From: an uncultured Haloferula sp.
Lineage (GTDB): Bacteria; Verrucomicrobiota; Verrucomicrobiia; Verrucomicrobiales; Akkermansiaceae
NCBI GenBank assembly: GCA_965652295.1
Contig: CBFGTS010000009.1
Coordinates: 133,066 to 197,065, forward strand
Length of the DNA stretch: 64,000 bases
Direction: 5' to 3'
The notes under the pieces: model-generated
The model's input: only the letters and a program-made list of their open reading frames with translations
Told to the model about the DNA's origin: nothing
Databases searched by the model: none
Part shown: positions 41,734-51,069 of the stretch, one piece after another
How positions within the stretch are numbered: position 1 is the stretch's first letter
Layout: the number at the start of each line of letters is the position of its first letter
Made by a program: the position numbers and the translations under genes

Positions 41734-42732
41734 TCAGTGCTTCCGCTTCCACTTGGCGAACTCCCGCGCCACCGACTCGCCCCAGTTTCCATACCAGGCG
41801 TAACCCTTGCGGCGTTCGAGTTCGATCTCTGCCAGATCGAACTTCTTCACCCCATCGCGGCCGCAGAAGATCGGTTGGCCGGTTTCCAAATCGTAAAAAC
41901 GTGCCCAGACGGGCGCGGCACCGCGATCCTCAACCAGGCGGCCGTCCTGCTTGTCGCGGACGAATCTGACATTCTCGATCGCCGCCTCCTCGAACCACTC
42001 CACCCCGCCTTCGATCGCCCGGCGGATCTCGCGCGAAGGCCTCTCGATCGACATCAGGAACCGCAGGATGCCCGCACTTTCCGCACCGCTCAGGGACGGC
42101 AGTTCGTAGGCCCGCGCCAGCACCGGTTCCAGCGTGACCGCATGGTGCTGGGCACACCACACCGTCGGCTCGCCATCTATGACGATCTGGCACTTCAGGA
42201 TGCAGTCGATCCCGCGCTCGAAGGCTTCGTCCGCCTTGCGACGCCGGTCGCGATCCATCACCTCGAACTCCTGCGAGTCCCGTAGAAACTCCAGCAGCCG
42301 GACCATCGCGCCATCGTTGAAAGTGATGTGGCGATGGTATTTGTCTCCGGGCGGGTGGAACTGGGGCCACCCGCCGTTCTCATATTGCGCGTCGAGGATG
42401 TGGTCGAAACCCTTCAGGAACGCGCTGCGATACTCCTCCTCTCCGGTCGCTTCGAAGGCCCGCGCCAGCAACCGCAGTTCGCCGGTGGTCGCCTTGTTGT
42501 CGAAGGTGCCCTGGAGCTTGTCCCGATCGCCGTCATACGGCTTGCGGGTGGTGTCCTCGTTTTTCGGCCAGCCGCCCTCGTCCGCTTGCCAGGAAAGCAC
42601 GCATGCCAGGGTCCCGCGACCGTCGTCGCTGCGGAACCAACGATCCGGCTTGTCGAGCAGATCCTCCGCCCCTCCGAAGAGAACCGCGGAAAGAAGGAGA
42701 GCGCATGAAACGAGGATCGGGACGAATCGCAT
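41734..42732 (-). CDS. pelA: Pectate lyase, PL10
   Basis: GGWPKN, TFDNKAT, NGGWPQF, ITFND, WCAQH, ARAYE, WARFY and ERRKGYAW. Confidence 0.9.
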   Translation of the reverse strand: MRFVPILVSCALLLSAVLFGGAEDLLDKPDRWFRSDDGRGTLACVLSWQADEGGWPKNEDTTRKPYDGDRDKLQGTFDNKATTGELRLLARAFEATGEEEYRSAFLKGFDHILDAQYENGGWPQFHPPGDKYHRHITFNDGAMVRLLEFLRDSQEFEVMDRDRRRKADEAFERGIDCILKCQIVIDGEPTVWCAQHHAVTLEPVLARAYELPSLSGAESAGILRFLMSIERPSREIRRAIEGGVEWFEEAAIENVRFVRDKQDGRLVEDRGAAPVWARFYDLETGQPIFCGRDGVKKFDLAEIELERRKGYAWYGNWGESVAREFAKWKRKH

Positions 42733-42785
42733 GACCGCGATTCAAGACGGACGCGCCCTTTCCTCCAACACGAAATCCGCAGCGG

Positions 42786-43658
42786 TCACGCGTCCTTTTT
42801 CCCCGCGTCCTGCAGCGCGGGAATATCCAGCGGGATCGCCTGCATCGCCTTGCCCGCCGCCAGCACCACGTGCGGAAAGGGTATCTCGATTCCCTCGCGA
42901 TCGAAGGCCTCTTTGATGCGCAGCGGAATCTCGTTCTTGATCGTCAGGAAATCCTCCTTCGCCCCCCATGTGCCGAGCAGGAAGTTGAGCGAGGAATCGC
43001 CGAAGCCGGTGAAAATCACGATCGGAGAAGGCTCGTCGAGCACCTGGGGGTGACGGTCCGCCACCTCGCGCAGGACCTCCATGACTTTGCCGATCGACTC
43101 GTCGTAGGCCACGCCGATCTCCGTGTCGATCCGCCGGATCGGGTAGCGGGTCACCGTGACGACATTGGTCTTCACCAGTGTTTCGTTCGGAATGCGCACC
43201 GACCGATTGTCGAAGGTGCGGACGGTCAAAGCCATCAAGCCGATCTCCTCGACGAGGCCGGTGATTCCGGCGATTTCCACGACATCGCCTTTTTCAAACG
43301 GCCGCTCGCCCACGATGAACAGGCCCGAGATCAAGTTCGAGAGGGACGTTTGGGAGGCGAAACCGATCGCCACCCCAGCGACGCCGGCCGCCCCCAGCAC
43401 GGCGGCGAGGTTGAAGCCGAACTGCTGGAGGATGGTGATGAACACGATGATGAATCCGGCATAGCGGATGATCTTCGCCAGCAGCCGTCCGCCCTGCTCA
43501 CCGAAGCGCGCCCGCAACAAACGGCCGGCGACGCGGGCTCCCAGCGCGACCAGTGGCAGTCCGATGATCGCGGCCACCACCGCACGCAGCAGACGACCGG
43601 GCGTGTCGCTTTCGACGAAGTTGTTCCAAAGGGCGGTGAAATCGATTTCGTTCAACAT
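42786..43658 (-). CDS. Small-conductance mechanosensitive channel (MscS family)
   Basis: AAGVAGVAIGFASQ, NLISG, PFEKGD, IPN, FGDSS and GIEIPFP. Confidence 0.9.
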   Translation of the reverse strand: MLNEIDFTALWNNFVESDTPGRLLRAVVAAIIGLPLVALGARVAGRLLRARFGEQGGRLLAKIIRYAGFIIVFITILQQFGFNLAAVLGAAGVAGVAIGFASQTSLSNLISGLFIVGERPFEKGDVVEIAGITGLVEEIGLMALTVRTFDNRSVRIPNETLVKTNVVTVTRYPIRRIDTEIGVAYDESIGKVMEVLREVADRHPQVLDEPSPIVIFTGFGDSSLNFLLGTWGAKEDFLTIKNEIPLRIKEAFDREGIEIPFPHVVLAAGKAMQAIPLDIPALQDAGKKDA

Positions 43659-43660
43659 GA

Positions 43661-44458
43661 CTAATCGTCCTGAAAGGTTCCCAGCACCGTCGAAAAGGCG
43701 GACCGCAGGAAGCTGCGGCGTACGATGCCGCGGCGTGCGGCGCTGATGACCATGGCCTCCGAGGCGTCGCCATACGGTCGTGGAGAGAAAGCGACGCCGG
43801 TCAGCTCGCCAGCACCCTCGCTGGCGCGGATGCGGGCGTGATTCGACCACAGCCGCGAACCGTGGAGGAAGATCGCCAGGTGGTTCGTTTCAAAAAACAG
43901 CCGTTCAAAGGGCAAGGTTTGCTCCGACTGGTTGGAAATCTCGACCGTGGTGGCGATGTCGTATTCCTCCCACTCCTCGGTGGTGTAACGCCGTCGCGCC
44001 CGCGTGCGCGACGCGTAGCACAGCTCGCCCTCCGTCGGTCCGCCGTGCCAGCTGTTGGTCAGCGGGACGCTCGGCCATGCGGAGAGCACCCGGCGGGTCC
44101 CTTCAAGATCCGCTGAGAGTTCGATCCATGCGGGAATCCCGACATAGAAAACCGCCTTCGCCCGCGGCGAAAGATGCAGCGGCCCCCGCGGCCGGACGAT
44201 CACCGGGCGATCGGGGAAAATCGGGCGGAAGTTCAGCCCACGGTCGTGCGGGCCCCGATCCCAGCGCTCCCACGGCAGGTCATCCGGGGGCGACTCCATG
44301 CCATCCAGCTCCGAGCGGCGGCTGGCATCGATCTTGGCCACACGCCACTCCTCGAGCGTCGAATACACCACCAGAGTCAGCTCGGCGAAGTCGGCGCGGA
44401 GCCAATCACCATCGGCCAGCGTGCGTTCATGCCAGGGTGCCGGATAGGACATGCCCAT
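43661..44458 (-). CDS. Conserved hypothetical protein (DUF432-like) upstream of mscS
   Basis: RPIFPDRPVIVRP and GELCYASRT motifs; 2 bp from the mscS start. Confidence 0.6.
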   Translation of the reverse strand: MGMSYPAPWHERTLADGDWLRADFAELTLVVYSTLEEWRVAKIDASRRSELDGMESPPDDLPWERWDRGPHDRGLNFRPIFPDRPVIVRPRGPLHLSPRAKAVFYVGIPAWIELSADLEGTRRVLSAWPSVPLTNSWHGGPTEGELCYASRTRARRRYTTEEWEEYDIATTVEISNQSEQTLPFERLFFETNHLAIFLHGSRLWSNHARIRASEGAGELTGVAFSPRPYGDASEAMVISAARRGIVRRSFLRSAFSTVLGTFQDD

Positions 44459-44532
44459 TGCATGGGGTCGGACCCGCAGCCACGCAAGGCCGGATCCGTG
44501 ACAGCCGTTCATTCCACGGCTATACTCGCGCC

Positions 44533-45465
44533 ATGCCGGTTCCCATGCTCGCTCCGCTCCTGGCCGCGGCTCTTTTCCCCGCGCAGATCCGTCCCGAGCC
44601 GGCCGTCGCCATCCCGCAGCAGGACAAAACCGCGCACGTCTGGCACACGCGGGTTTTCAGAATCGAGTCGGACCAGCCACTCGACCGACCCGACCTCGAA
44701 ACACTCGCCCGGGTGGCGGACACCACCGCCAAGGCCGTCGAGGCCTTTCCGCTCCCGCTTTTCCACCCACCACGCGACGAACGCCCGCGGATCCTTCTCT
44801 TGGACGATCAGGAGGTTTACCGTCAGTCCGGCGCAAATCCCGACACCGCCGGCACCTATCACGGCCGGAAACGGGTGGTCTTGGTCAACCGACGCTACCT
44901 CTTCCGCGAAACCTCGAACGTCCGCCGCGCGCCCGCCCCCGATGAGGACCTCGTGGTCCACGAACTCGTCCACCTCTGCATGCACCGCGTCCAGCCGCAG
45001 CTTCCCCAGTGGCTCTGCGAGGGCATCGCCGAGTACTTCGCCGTCGCTCACCGCGGCGGCGGGCGATTCGATTTCCGCCACCTCGAAACGGAAATCGCGC
45101 CCACCATCCTCCACCGCCTCGGTGCGGAGGACCGTCGCGCGACCCTCGTCGCCATCGCCGACCTCGCGAACCTCGACGCCCGCGCCTGGGTGCGCCAGCA
45201 GAACCGCATGGAACCCACCACCCGCTACCAAGCCTACGCGACCTCGCTGCTCCTCATCCATTATTACCTCCATGGCAGCGACGAACGCCGCGACGAAATC
45301 AAAGCCGCCCTGGCTCTGCGCGACCGTCCCCACCGCCATCCGGTGCGCTTCGAAGACCTCGTGGAAAACGCCGATTCCATTCAAGACTCCCTCACCCGCT
45401 ACTGGCGAACCCGTGGCCTCGACCTCGCATTCGCGCCTCCAGGAAATCCGGACCCCGATGAATAG
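44533..45465 (+). CDS. Putative secreted zinc peptidase-like protein (DUF1570/MA-like)
   Basis: Signal peptide; HELVH followed by PQWLCEGIAEYF. Confidence 0.7.
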   Translation: MPVPMLAPLLAAALFPAQIRPEPAVAIPQQDKTAHVWHTRVFRIESDQPLDRPDLETLARVADTTAKAVEAFPLPLFHPPRDERPRILLLDDQEVYRQSGANPDTAGTYHGRKRVVLVNRRYLFRETSNVRRAPAPDEDLVVHELVHLCMHRVQPQLPQWLCEGIAEYFAVAHRGGGRFDFRHLETEIAPTILHRLGAEDRRATLVAIADLANLDARAWVRQQNRMEPTTRYQAYATSLLLIHYYLHGSDERRDEIKAALALRDRPHRHPVRFEDLVENADSIQDSLTRYWRTRGLDLAFAPPGNPDPDE

Positions 45466-45511
45466 GATCTTTAGGATGGATGAGGCTCGCCCGAACCGCT
45501 TTTTCTAGGAC

Positions 45512-46534
45512 ATGCACGACCTCCACACCCACCTCGGCGGAGCGGTTCCGTCTTCGGTGCTCTGGGAAATCCTTTGCGACAACGGCCTGCGGACCGAATA
45601 CCGGGATTTCACCACTTTCCACGAATCCCTCACCGCGCGGACCGATGAGGTGAAGTCGCTCGACGACTTCCTCGCCCGCTATTTCCAGGTCACCGAGGAA
45701 ATCCAGTCGTCCCCCTCCGCCGCCAGCGTCTCAGCCTACCAGGTCGTCGCCAAAGCCCACCGCCGCGCCCGTGTCAGCGCGCTCGAACTACGGTTCAACC
45801 CGTACAAGCGCGTCCGCGGCGGCCTGCACACCATGGATGCCATCATCCTGGCCGTCATGCAGGGCCTCGAACGTGCCTCGCTCCACTACGGCGTCACCAC
45901 CGGGATCATCCTTTCCCTCGGCCGCGATCTCCCGCTCGACGCCAACTGGCAGATCATCGAAACCGCCGTGAAATGGCGCAGCCGCGGACCGCTCAACGGC
46001 GCGAACGGGGTGGTCGGCATCGACATGGCCGGGCCCGAATCCAGCGCGCTGGAACTCGACCCCGAGTGGCTTTCCGAAGTCGCCCGCATGGTCGATACCG
46101 CCCGCGCCGCCGGCCTCAAGATCACCTACCACGTCGGCGAAAGCTCCGGCACCGGCCCGGAAGGGATCCTGCGGGTACTTGAGAAAGTCCGGCCCGACCG
46201 CATCGGCCACGGCATCGAACTCCGCCACGCGGAAAACAAGCTTCGCACCACCCTCCTCACCATCCTCCGCGAGCGGCAGACCTGTCTGGAGATCTGCCCC
46301 ACGGTCAACCGCGTGACCCAGGTCATCCCCGACTTCGCCTGCCTCGGCCATTTCATCCGCGACCTCGCCGCCCACGACATCCCCTTCTGCCTCAACACCG
46401 ACAACCCCTACCTCGTCCACACCAACCTCAGGAAGGAGCAGGAAATCATCGGTGCCGAACTCGGCCCCGACGCCACCACCCTGCTCCACCTCGCCGCCGA
46501 GCACGCCGCGCGGCACCGTTTCATCACGGACTAG
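45512..46534 (+). CDS. Adenosine/adenine deaminase family amidohydrolase
   Basis: DLHTHLGG, ELRFNP, GIDMAGPE, YHVGE, RIGHG, EICP and NTDNP. Confidence 0.85.
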   Translation: MHDLHTHLGGAVPSSVLWEILCDNGLRTEYRDFTTFHESLTARTDEVKSLDDFLARYFQVTEEIQSSPSAASVSAYQVVAKAHRRARVSALELRFNPYKRVRGGLHTMDAIILAVMQGLERASLHYGVTTGIILSLGRDLPLDANWQIIETAVKWRSRGPLNGANGVVGIDMAGPESSALELDPEWLSEVARMVDTARAAGLKITYHVGESSGTGPEGILRVLEKVRPDRIGHGIELRHAENKLRTTLLTILRERQTCLEICPTVNRVTQVIPDFACLGHFIRDLAAHDIPFCLNTDNPYLVHTNLRKEQEIIGAELGPDATTLLHLAAEHAARHRFITD

Positions 46535-46704
46535 TGTGGTGATCGCGAAATTACTGGGCGAAATGCGCGAGGGATTTTTTCCAAGAGCAACGCAGAGATT
46601 GGGAAAAAGTGCCGCGCGTCTGAATCCGGCCGAGCGAAGCGAGCTGATTTTCAAAAACTTCCATTCACCCATTTCGTCTAGGGATTTCGCGATCACCACA
46701 CTAG
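46531..46704. mobile_element. MITE copy 1 (174 bp including both CTAG)
   Basis: TIRs CTAGTGTGGTGATCGCGAAAT...ATTTCGCGATCACCACACTAG; homologous to 55394-55609. Confidence 0.85.
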
Positions 46705-46716
46705 ACAAGCCCCGCT

Positions 46717-46917
46717 TCAGGGCTCGGCCGCGTCGTCCGTCTCGGCATCCGTATCCTGCACCTCCGTCGGCTGCGGGACCGGCTCACTCGGGGAAACCTG
46801 GGTCGCCGGCGATCCGACCTCTTCCATCGGCTCGTCCTCCGGTTTTTCGCACGAACTCATCAGGACTCCGGCCAAAGCGGCGGCGGGAAAGACGAAGAAT
46901 AGTGAAGGATTTTTCAT
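46717..46917 (-). CDS. Small acidic lipoprotein
   Basis: Signal peptide with MSSC lipobox; E/D/P-rich tail. Confidence 0.55.
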   Translation of the reverse strand: MKNPSLFFVFPAAALAGVLMSSCEKPEDEPMEEVGSPATQVSPSEPVPQPTEVQDTDAETDDAAEP

Positions 46918-47055
46918 GGGATGCGTTGGTTTCATTCCCACCGCCTCCGGGCGATGGCATCCGCGAACTTCGGCGCATCTTGATGAGCCTTCAACCGGAT
47001 TCTCTCATCCCCTTTCCCCTCGCATCTCATCAGAAACGGCTTCATCTTGGCCCTC

Positions 47056-47883
47056 ATGCTCAAGGCCCTCCGTTTCATCGCCCTGTTGCTCCCGCTGTTC
47101 TTTGTCTCGTGCTTGGAGGATTCCACCGTGGTCAAGGTTTCGAAGGACGGCTCCGGGCTCGTTCACGTCCGACAGTTTGTCCGGATGCACACCAGCGAGG
47201 ACGACGTGAAGCTCCCCGACGAGGCCGAGTTGAACGCGAATGCCAAGCGGATGGGCGAGGGAGTGTCGTTCGAATCCGTGAAAGTGACCCACAACGCCAA
47301 GGGGTGGTTCGGCTACGAAGTGCTCTACACCTTTCAGGATATCAACAGCCTGACGCTGCACCGGGCGAACCAAGGAACCAAGAACAAGGACGGCAGCGAG
47401 ACCGAAGCGGGCCTTGAGTTCCGTTTCACGATGGAGGACGGCGTGCTGGAGGCCAGCGTGAACGACCCGCGCTGGAGTCAGCAGACCGAGCAGACCGAGG
47501 CGATCTCGTCGGCTCCCGGCGGTCCGACCCTCGACCCCTACGCCGATGCTCCGGGACCACCGGCCGAAAAGCCCAGAATCACGTTCAGCACCGTCGATAA
47601 GATCGATGTCCAAAGCGAGGAATGGAAGAAACTCTCCCGGGGCATGCGGGCCGGAATCTTCATCCAGATCGACGCGCCGCTGGCCGAAACCAACGCCGCC
47701 ACACACAAGGGCCCGCTGTACACCCTGATGGATGCCGATTTCGAGAAGATGACCGCCAGCGGGAAGTTCGAGAGCTTATCGCAGCTCGATGCCGCCAGCC
47801 GTGAGCAGCTGCAACAGCGGGTCGAGGAAATCGACGGCTTCCATCTCGACCTCCAGCAGCCCGTGCGCTTCGTCTTCGAGTAA
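47056..47883 (+). CDS. Hypothetical lipoprotein
   Basis: FVSC lipobox, then VVKVSKDGSG motif. Confidence 0.65.
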   Translation: MLKALRFIALLLPLFFVSCLEDSTVVKVSKDGSGLVHVRQFVRMHTSEDDVKLPDEAELNANAKRMGEGVSFESVKVTHNAKGWFGYEVLYTFQDINSLTLHRANQGTKNKDGSETEAGLEFRFTMEDGVLEASVNDPRWSQQTEQTEAISSAPGGPTLDPYADAPGPPAEKPRITFSTVDKIDVQSEEWKKLSRGMRAGIFIQIDAPLAETNAATHKGPLYTLMDADFEKMTASGKFESLSQLDAASREQLQQRVEEIDGFHLDLQQPVRFVFE

Positions 47884-47958
47884 CGCCGGAACGGATCGCG
47901 GACCGTTCCAACCACGAGCGGACTTGCCCAAAGTTGTCGCCGCGATTAGATCAGGGGC

Positions 47959-48648
47959 ATGAGCCAATGGTATTACTCCCACGACGGACAGCAGAAGGGC
48001 CCGGTTCCGGTTTCCGAACTTTCCCGCCTTGCCTCCGCCGGTGAGTTCGATCCGGAGAAGGACATGGTCTGGCGCGAGGGCATGCCCGATTGGCAGCCCG
48101 CCGTCAGCGTGGAGGGCTTGCCCTTCGGAAAACCCACCCCCGCTCCCGTGGCGGACCCTGAAACCGCCGCTCCGGTTCCCACCCCATCGGAACCCGCCCC
48201 CGCCCCTGCCTCTCCCTACGATTCTCCCGCCCAGGCACCCGGTCCTTCCGCCGTCCCCGCGGCCGGCGGCCCCGTCGAGACCTGCGGCCTGGCGATCGCC
48301 TCGCTCGTCTGCGGCATCGCCGCCTTCTTCACCTGCTGCGTCTGGTTCGTCTCCATCCCCGCGGCTCTCGGTGCCATCATCACCGGTCACATGGCGCTTT
48401 CCCGGATCAAGGCCGAGCCCGCCCGCCTCAAGGGCAAAGGCCTCGCCTCCGCCGGCTTGATCACCGGCTATATCGGAGCGCTCCTCGCCATCCTTTACGG
48501 CGTATTCGTTTTCTGGATCGCCACCCGCTCGCCGGAACAGATCGACCAAATGGACTGGCTTCCTCCTGAAGTGCGCGACAGCATTTCCCAACAGCTTGAA
48601 ATGCAGCAGGAAATGAGGGAGAGAATGGAAGAACCCTCGGAGCCCTGA
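47959..48648 (+). CDS. GYF_2 + DUF4190 membrane protein
   Basis: WYYSHDGQQKGPV...VWREGMPDW; GLAIASLVCGI...GHMALSRIK...GKGLASAGLITGY. Confidence 0.85.
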   Translation: MSQWYYSHDGQQKGPVPVSELSRLASAGEFDPEKDMVWREGMPDWQPAVSVEGLPFGKPTPAPVADPETAAPVPTPSEPAPAPASPYDSPAQAPGPSAVPAAGGPVETCGLAIASLVCGIAAFFTCCVWFVSIPAALGAIITGHMALSRIKAEPARLKGKGLASAGLITGYIGALLAILYGVFVFWIATRSPEQIDQMDWLPPEVRDSISQQLEMQQEMRERMEEPSEP

Positions 48649-48699
48649 GTCACGTCGCGCCGCTTGCCGGCGCTCACCGGGCCTGCTAGATCGAAGGCC

Positions 48700-49686
48700 A
48701 TGAGTTCCTGGTATTACGCCCGCCAAGGCAAGCAGTCCGGTCCCGTCCCGCAGTCCGAGTTGGAAAGACTGGCCGAAGCCGGCGAGTTCGATCCGCAGAC
48801 CGACCTCGTCTGGCGCGATGGCATGACCGATTGGCTGCCGGCTGCCCAGGTCCCGCAGCTTTCATTCTCCCGACCCAGAACCGCCCCCGAACCGCTTCCG
48901 GTTCCCGCCATTCCCGACGCCTCGGACCCCTACTCCGTCGGCAGCGCCACCTTCGCCGCTCCGGCTCCGGTTTCGCTCGATGAGCGCGAGGAAATCCAAC
49001 CCGGCAGCCAGCCCATCTCAATCGGCGATTGCATCTCGCGCAGCTTCGAGCTGACCAAACGGCATTTCCCCATGATCATCGCCGTCGGCGCGATCTATCT
49101 CGGCATCACTTTCGCCATCAGCATGATCCAGCAGCTGATCATCTCCGGCCTTGAAATCGCCACCGGCAGCACCGAACAGGAGAACTCTCCGGTTGTCATC
49201 GCAGCCGCCATCCTTCTCAACGTGGTATCCCACGTCATCTCCGTTTTCCTCGGCCTCGGAGTCACGCGTATCGGTCTGAACATCGTGGACGGCAAGCCGT
49301 TCGACATCGCCATGATTTTCGGAGAAGGCTCCAAGCTTCTGCGCACGATCGGTGCCGGCATCCTCTACGGCCTCGCGGTCTTCGTCGGCCTGCTACTCCT
49401 GATCGTGCCGGGGATCTACATCGCGCTACGGTTCGGGCAGTTCCAGAACGCAATCGTCGATCGCGACATGGGCGTTTCCGACGCCTTCGCCTACAGCAGC
49501 TCGATCACCGAAAACAACCGGCTGAACCTCTTCGGTCTCGGCGTCGTGTGCTTCCTCATCATCGTCGCCGGCCTGCTGGCCCTGTTTGTCGGCCTGATCT
49601 TCGCCTACCCGATCGCATGGCTGGCGGGGCTCGTCGCCTACCGCTGGATGCAATACGGGCCCGACGTCACCCGCGACGCGGTGTGA
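48700..49686 (+). CDS. GYF_2 domain membrane protein
   Basis: WYYARQGKQSGPV...VWRDGMTDW; C-terminal multi-TM domain with LLLIVPGIY. Confidence 0.8.
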   Translation: MSSWYYARQGKQSGPVPQSELERLAEAGEFDPQTDLVWRDGMTDWLPAAQVPQLSFSRPRTAPEPLPVPAIPDASDPYSVGSATFAAPAPVSLDEREEIQPGSQPISIGDCISRSFELTKRHFPMIIAVGAIYLGITFAISMIQQLIISGLEIATGSTEQENSPVVIAAAILLNVVSHVISVFLGLGVTRIGLNIVDGKPFDIAMIFGEGSKLLRTIGAGILYGLAVFVGLLLLIVPGIYIALRFGQFQNAIVDRDMGVSDAFAYSSSITENNRLNLFGLGVVCFLIIVAGLLALFVGLIFAYPIAWLAGLVAYRWMQYGPDVTRDAV

Positions 49687-49793
49687 GCGTGCGGCCTCCG
49701 ACAAACCCGGGGATGTCGAAAAACTTCTCTCCGGGGTGAATAGTTCCACCCGCGCCGCGGTCGAAGAAAGCGAATCAGGAACCACTCGTTACC

Positions 49794-50141
49794 ATGAAAC
49801 ACTTCCTTCGTTTGTTCGCCATCGTTGCCGTGGTCTTCGGCACCATCACCACCGCCGGAGCCCGCGATCACCATCGCCATCACGGCCAGCGCTACGTCAA
49901 GTATCATACTTCCTGCGGCTGTCCCGTTTACCACGAACGTTACGTCGCGTTCTACGATTCCTGCGGCCATCCGGTCTTCCGCACACGCCGCGTGCCGGTC
50001 GTCCACCGCTGCGGGCCCGTGGTTCAGCACTACCGCCATCACGCCCACGGATGCGAGCCGGTCCGCCCACACCGTCGGGCCTACTCCTCCCGCGGGGTTC
50101 AGATCCACCTTCCCATCCCGGTCCCGCCCTGGCGGCGCTGA
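49794..50141 (+). CDS. Small secreted His/Cys-rich hypothetical protein
   Basis: Signal peptide; repeated Y..Y.SCG.PV motif; followed by a terminator. Confidence 0.65.
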   Translation: MKHFLRLFAIVAVVFGTITTAGARDHHRHHGQRYVKYHTSCGCPVYHERYVAFYDSCGHPVFRTRRVPVVHRCGPVVQHYRHHAHGCEPVRPHRRAYSSRGVQIHLPIPVPPWRR

Positions 50142-50156
50142 AACGCCCACTTCTCC

Positions 50157-50999
50157 TCAAGCCGGCATCTCCCACGAGGTGCCGGCTTTTCCGTGTCCGG
50201 CTTCCTCCCGGTTTCCCAAACCCGCCGCCAACAGGCCGAAAAAGATGCCCGCGCCCCAGCCGCAAAGGTGGCCCAGCACATCGGTATCGACGCCCCCCGC
50301 GCCAAACATTCCCAACAACGAGCAACCCACCGCCAGCGGTGCGATCAAGGGTTTCAGCGCCCGATACCGGCGCTCACGCCACGCCCGCACCACCCCCGCA
50401 CCCACCAGGATTCCCAGCGCCCCGAAGGTGGCTGTCGATGCCCCAAGGGAGCGGAACGGTTCATCATAACCGTAGTGGATCCAACCGGTCAGCAGATTGC
50501 CGGCGAACCCGCTGGCCAAAATCAGAATCCAGCCGCGCCAGGCACCAAGCACCGTCGCCACCATCACACAGAAGACTCCACCGATCAGGAGGTTTCCCAG
50601 CAGATGCGCGCCATCGGCATGCAGGAACAGCGCGGTGAACGCGCGCCACCACTCGCCGCCCGACCAGACCCGAGCGGCGTCATTCGCCCAGCGCGTCACG
50701 ATCGAGGGATCGGTTTCACGGAAACCATGCACTACCGCAAGCACGAGCGCCCAGCCCGCTGCCAGCGCGAGTCCCGCAGGCTTCACCGACTCTTCCGGCC
50801 GCGGAATTTCCTGCTCGTCCGCGTAGACCTCCAGCTCGCGGCGCACCGGCTCGGCCACCTCCGGTGCCACCTCCAGGGAAAAAGTCCCGGCTTTCGGCAT
50901 CACCCGGCAGTCACTGCGCATCGAGAGCGCGACCAGCGCGTGCTCGTCCGCCTGATCCAGCGACGACCACTCGCCGACTTCGGTCCATTCCTCGTTCAC
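50157..50999 (-). CDS. Rhomboid-family protease
   Basis: GEWWRAFTALFLHAD, HLLGN, SLGAST and GHLCG. Confidence 0.85.
   Translation of the reverse strand: MNEEWTEVGEWSSLDQADEHALVALSMRSDCRVMPKAGTFSLEVAPEVAEPVRRELEVYADEQEIPRPEESVKPAGLALAAGWALVLAVVHGFRETDPSIVTRWANDAARVWSGGEWWRAFTALFLHADGAHLLGNLLIGGVFCVMVATVLGAWRGWILILASGFAGNLLTGWIHYGYDEPFRSLGASTATFGALGILVGAGVVRAWRERRYRALKPLIAPLAVGCSLLGMFGAGGVDTDVLGHLCGWGAGIFFGLLAAGLGNREEAGHGKAGTSWEMPA
50159..50190 (+). terminator. Intrinsic terminator
   Basis: AAGCCGGCATCT-CCCACG-AGGTGCCGGCTTTT. Confidence 0.65.
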
Positions 51000-51069
51000 C
51001 CCGGCACTCTGCCTTGAAATGCGCGATTATCAAATTTCCCAATTCCTCCCGATCCGCTGAACTGACCCC

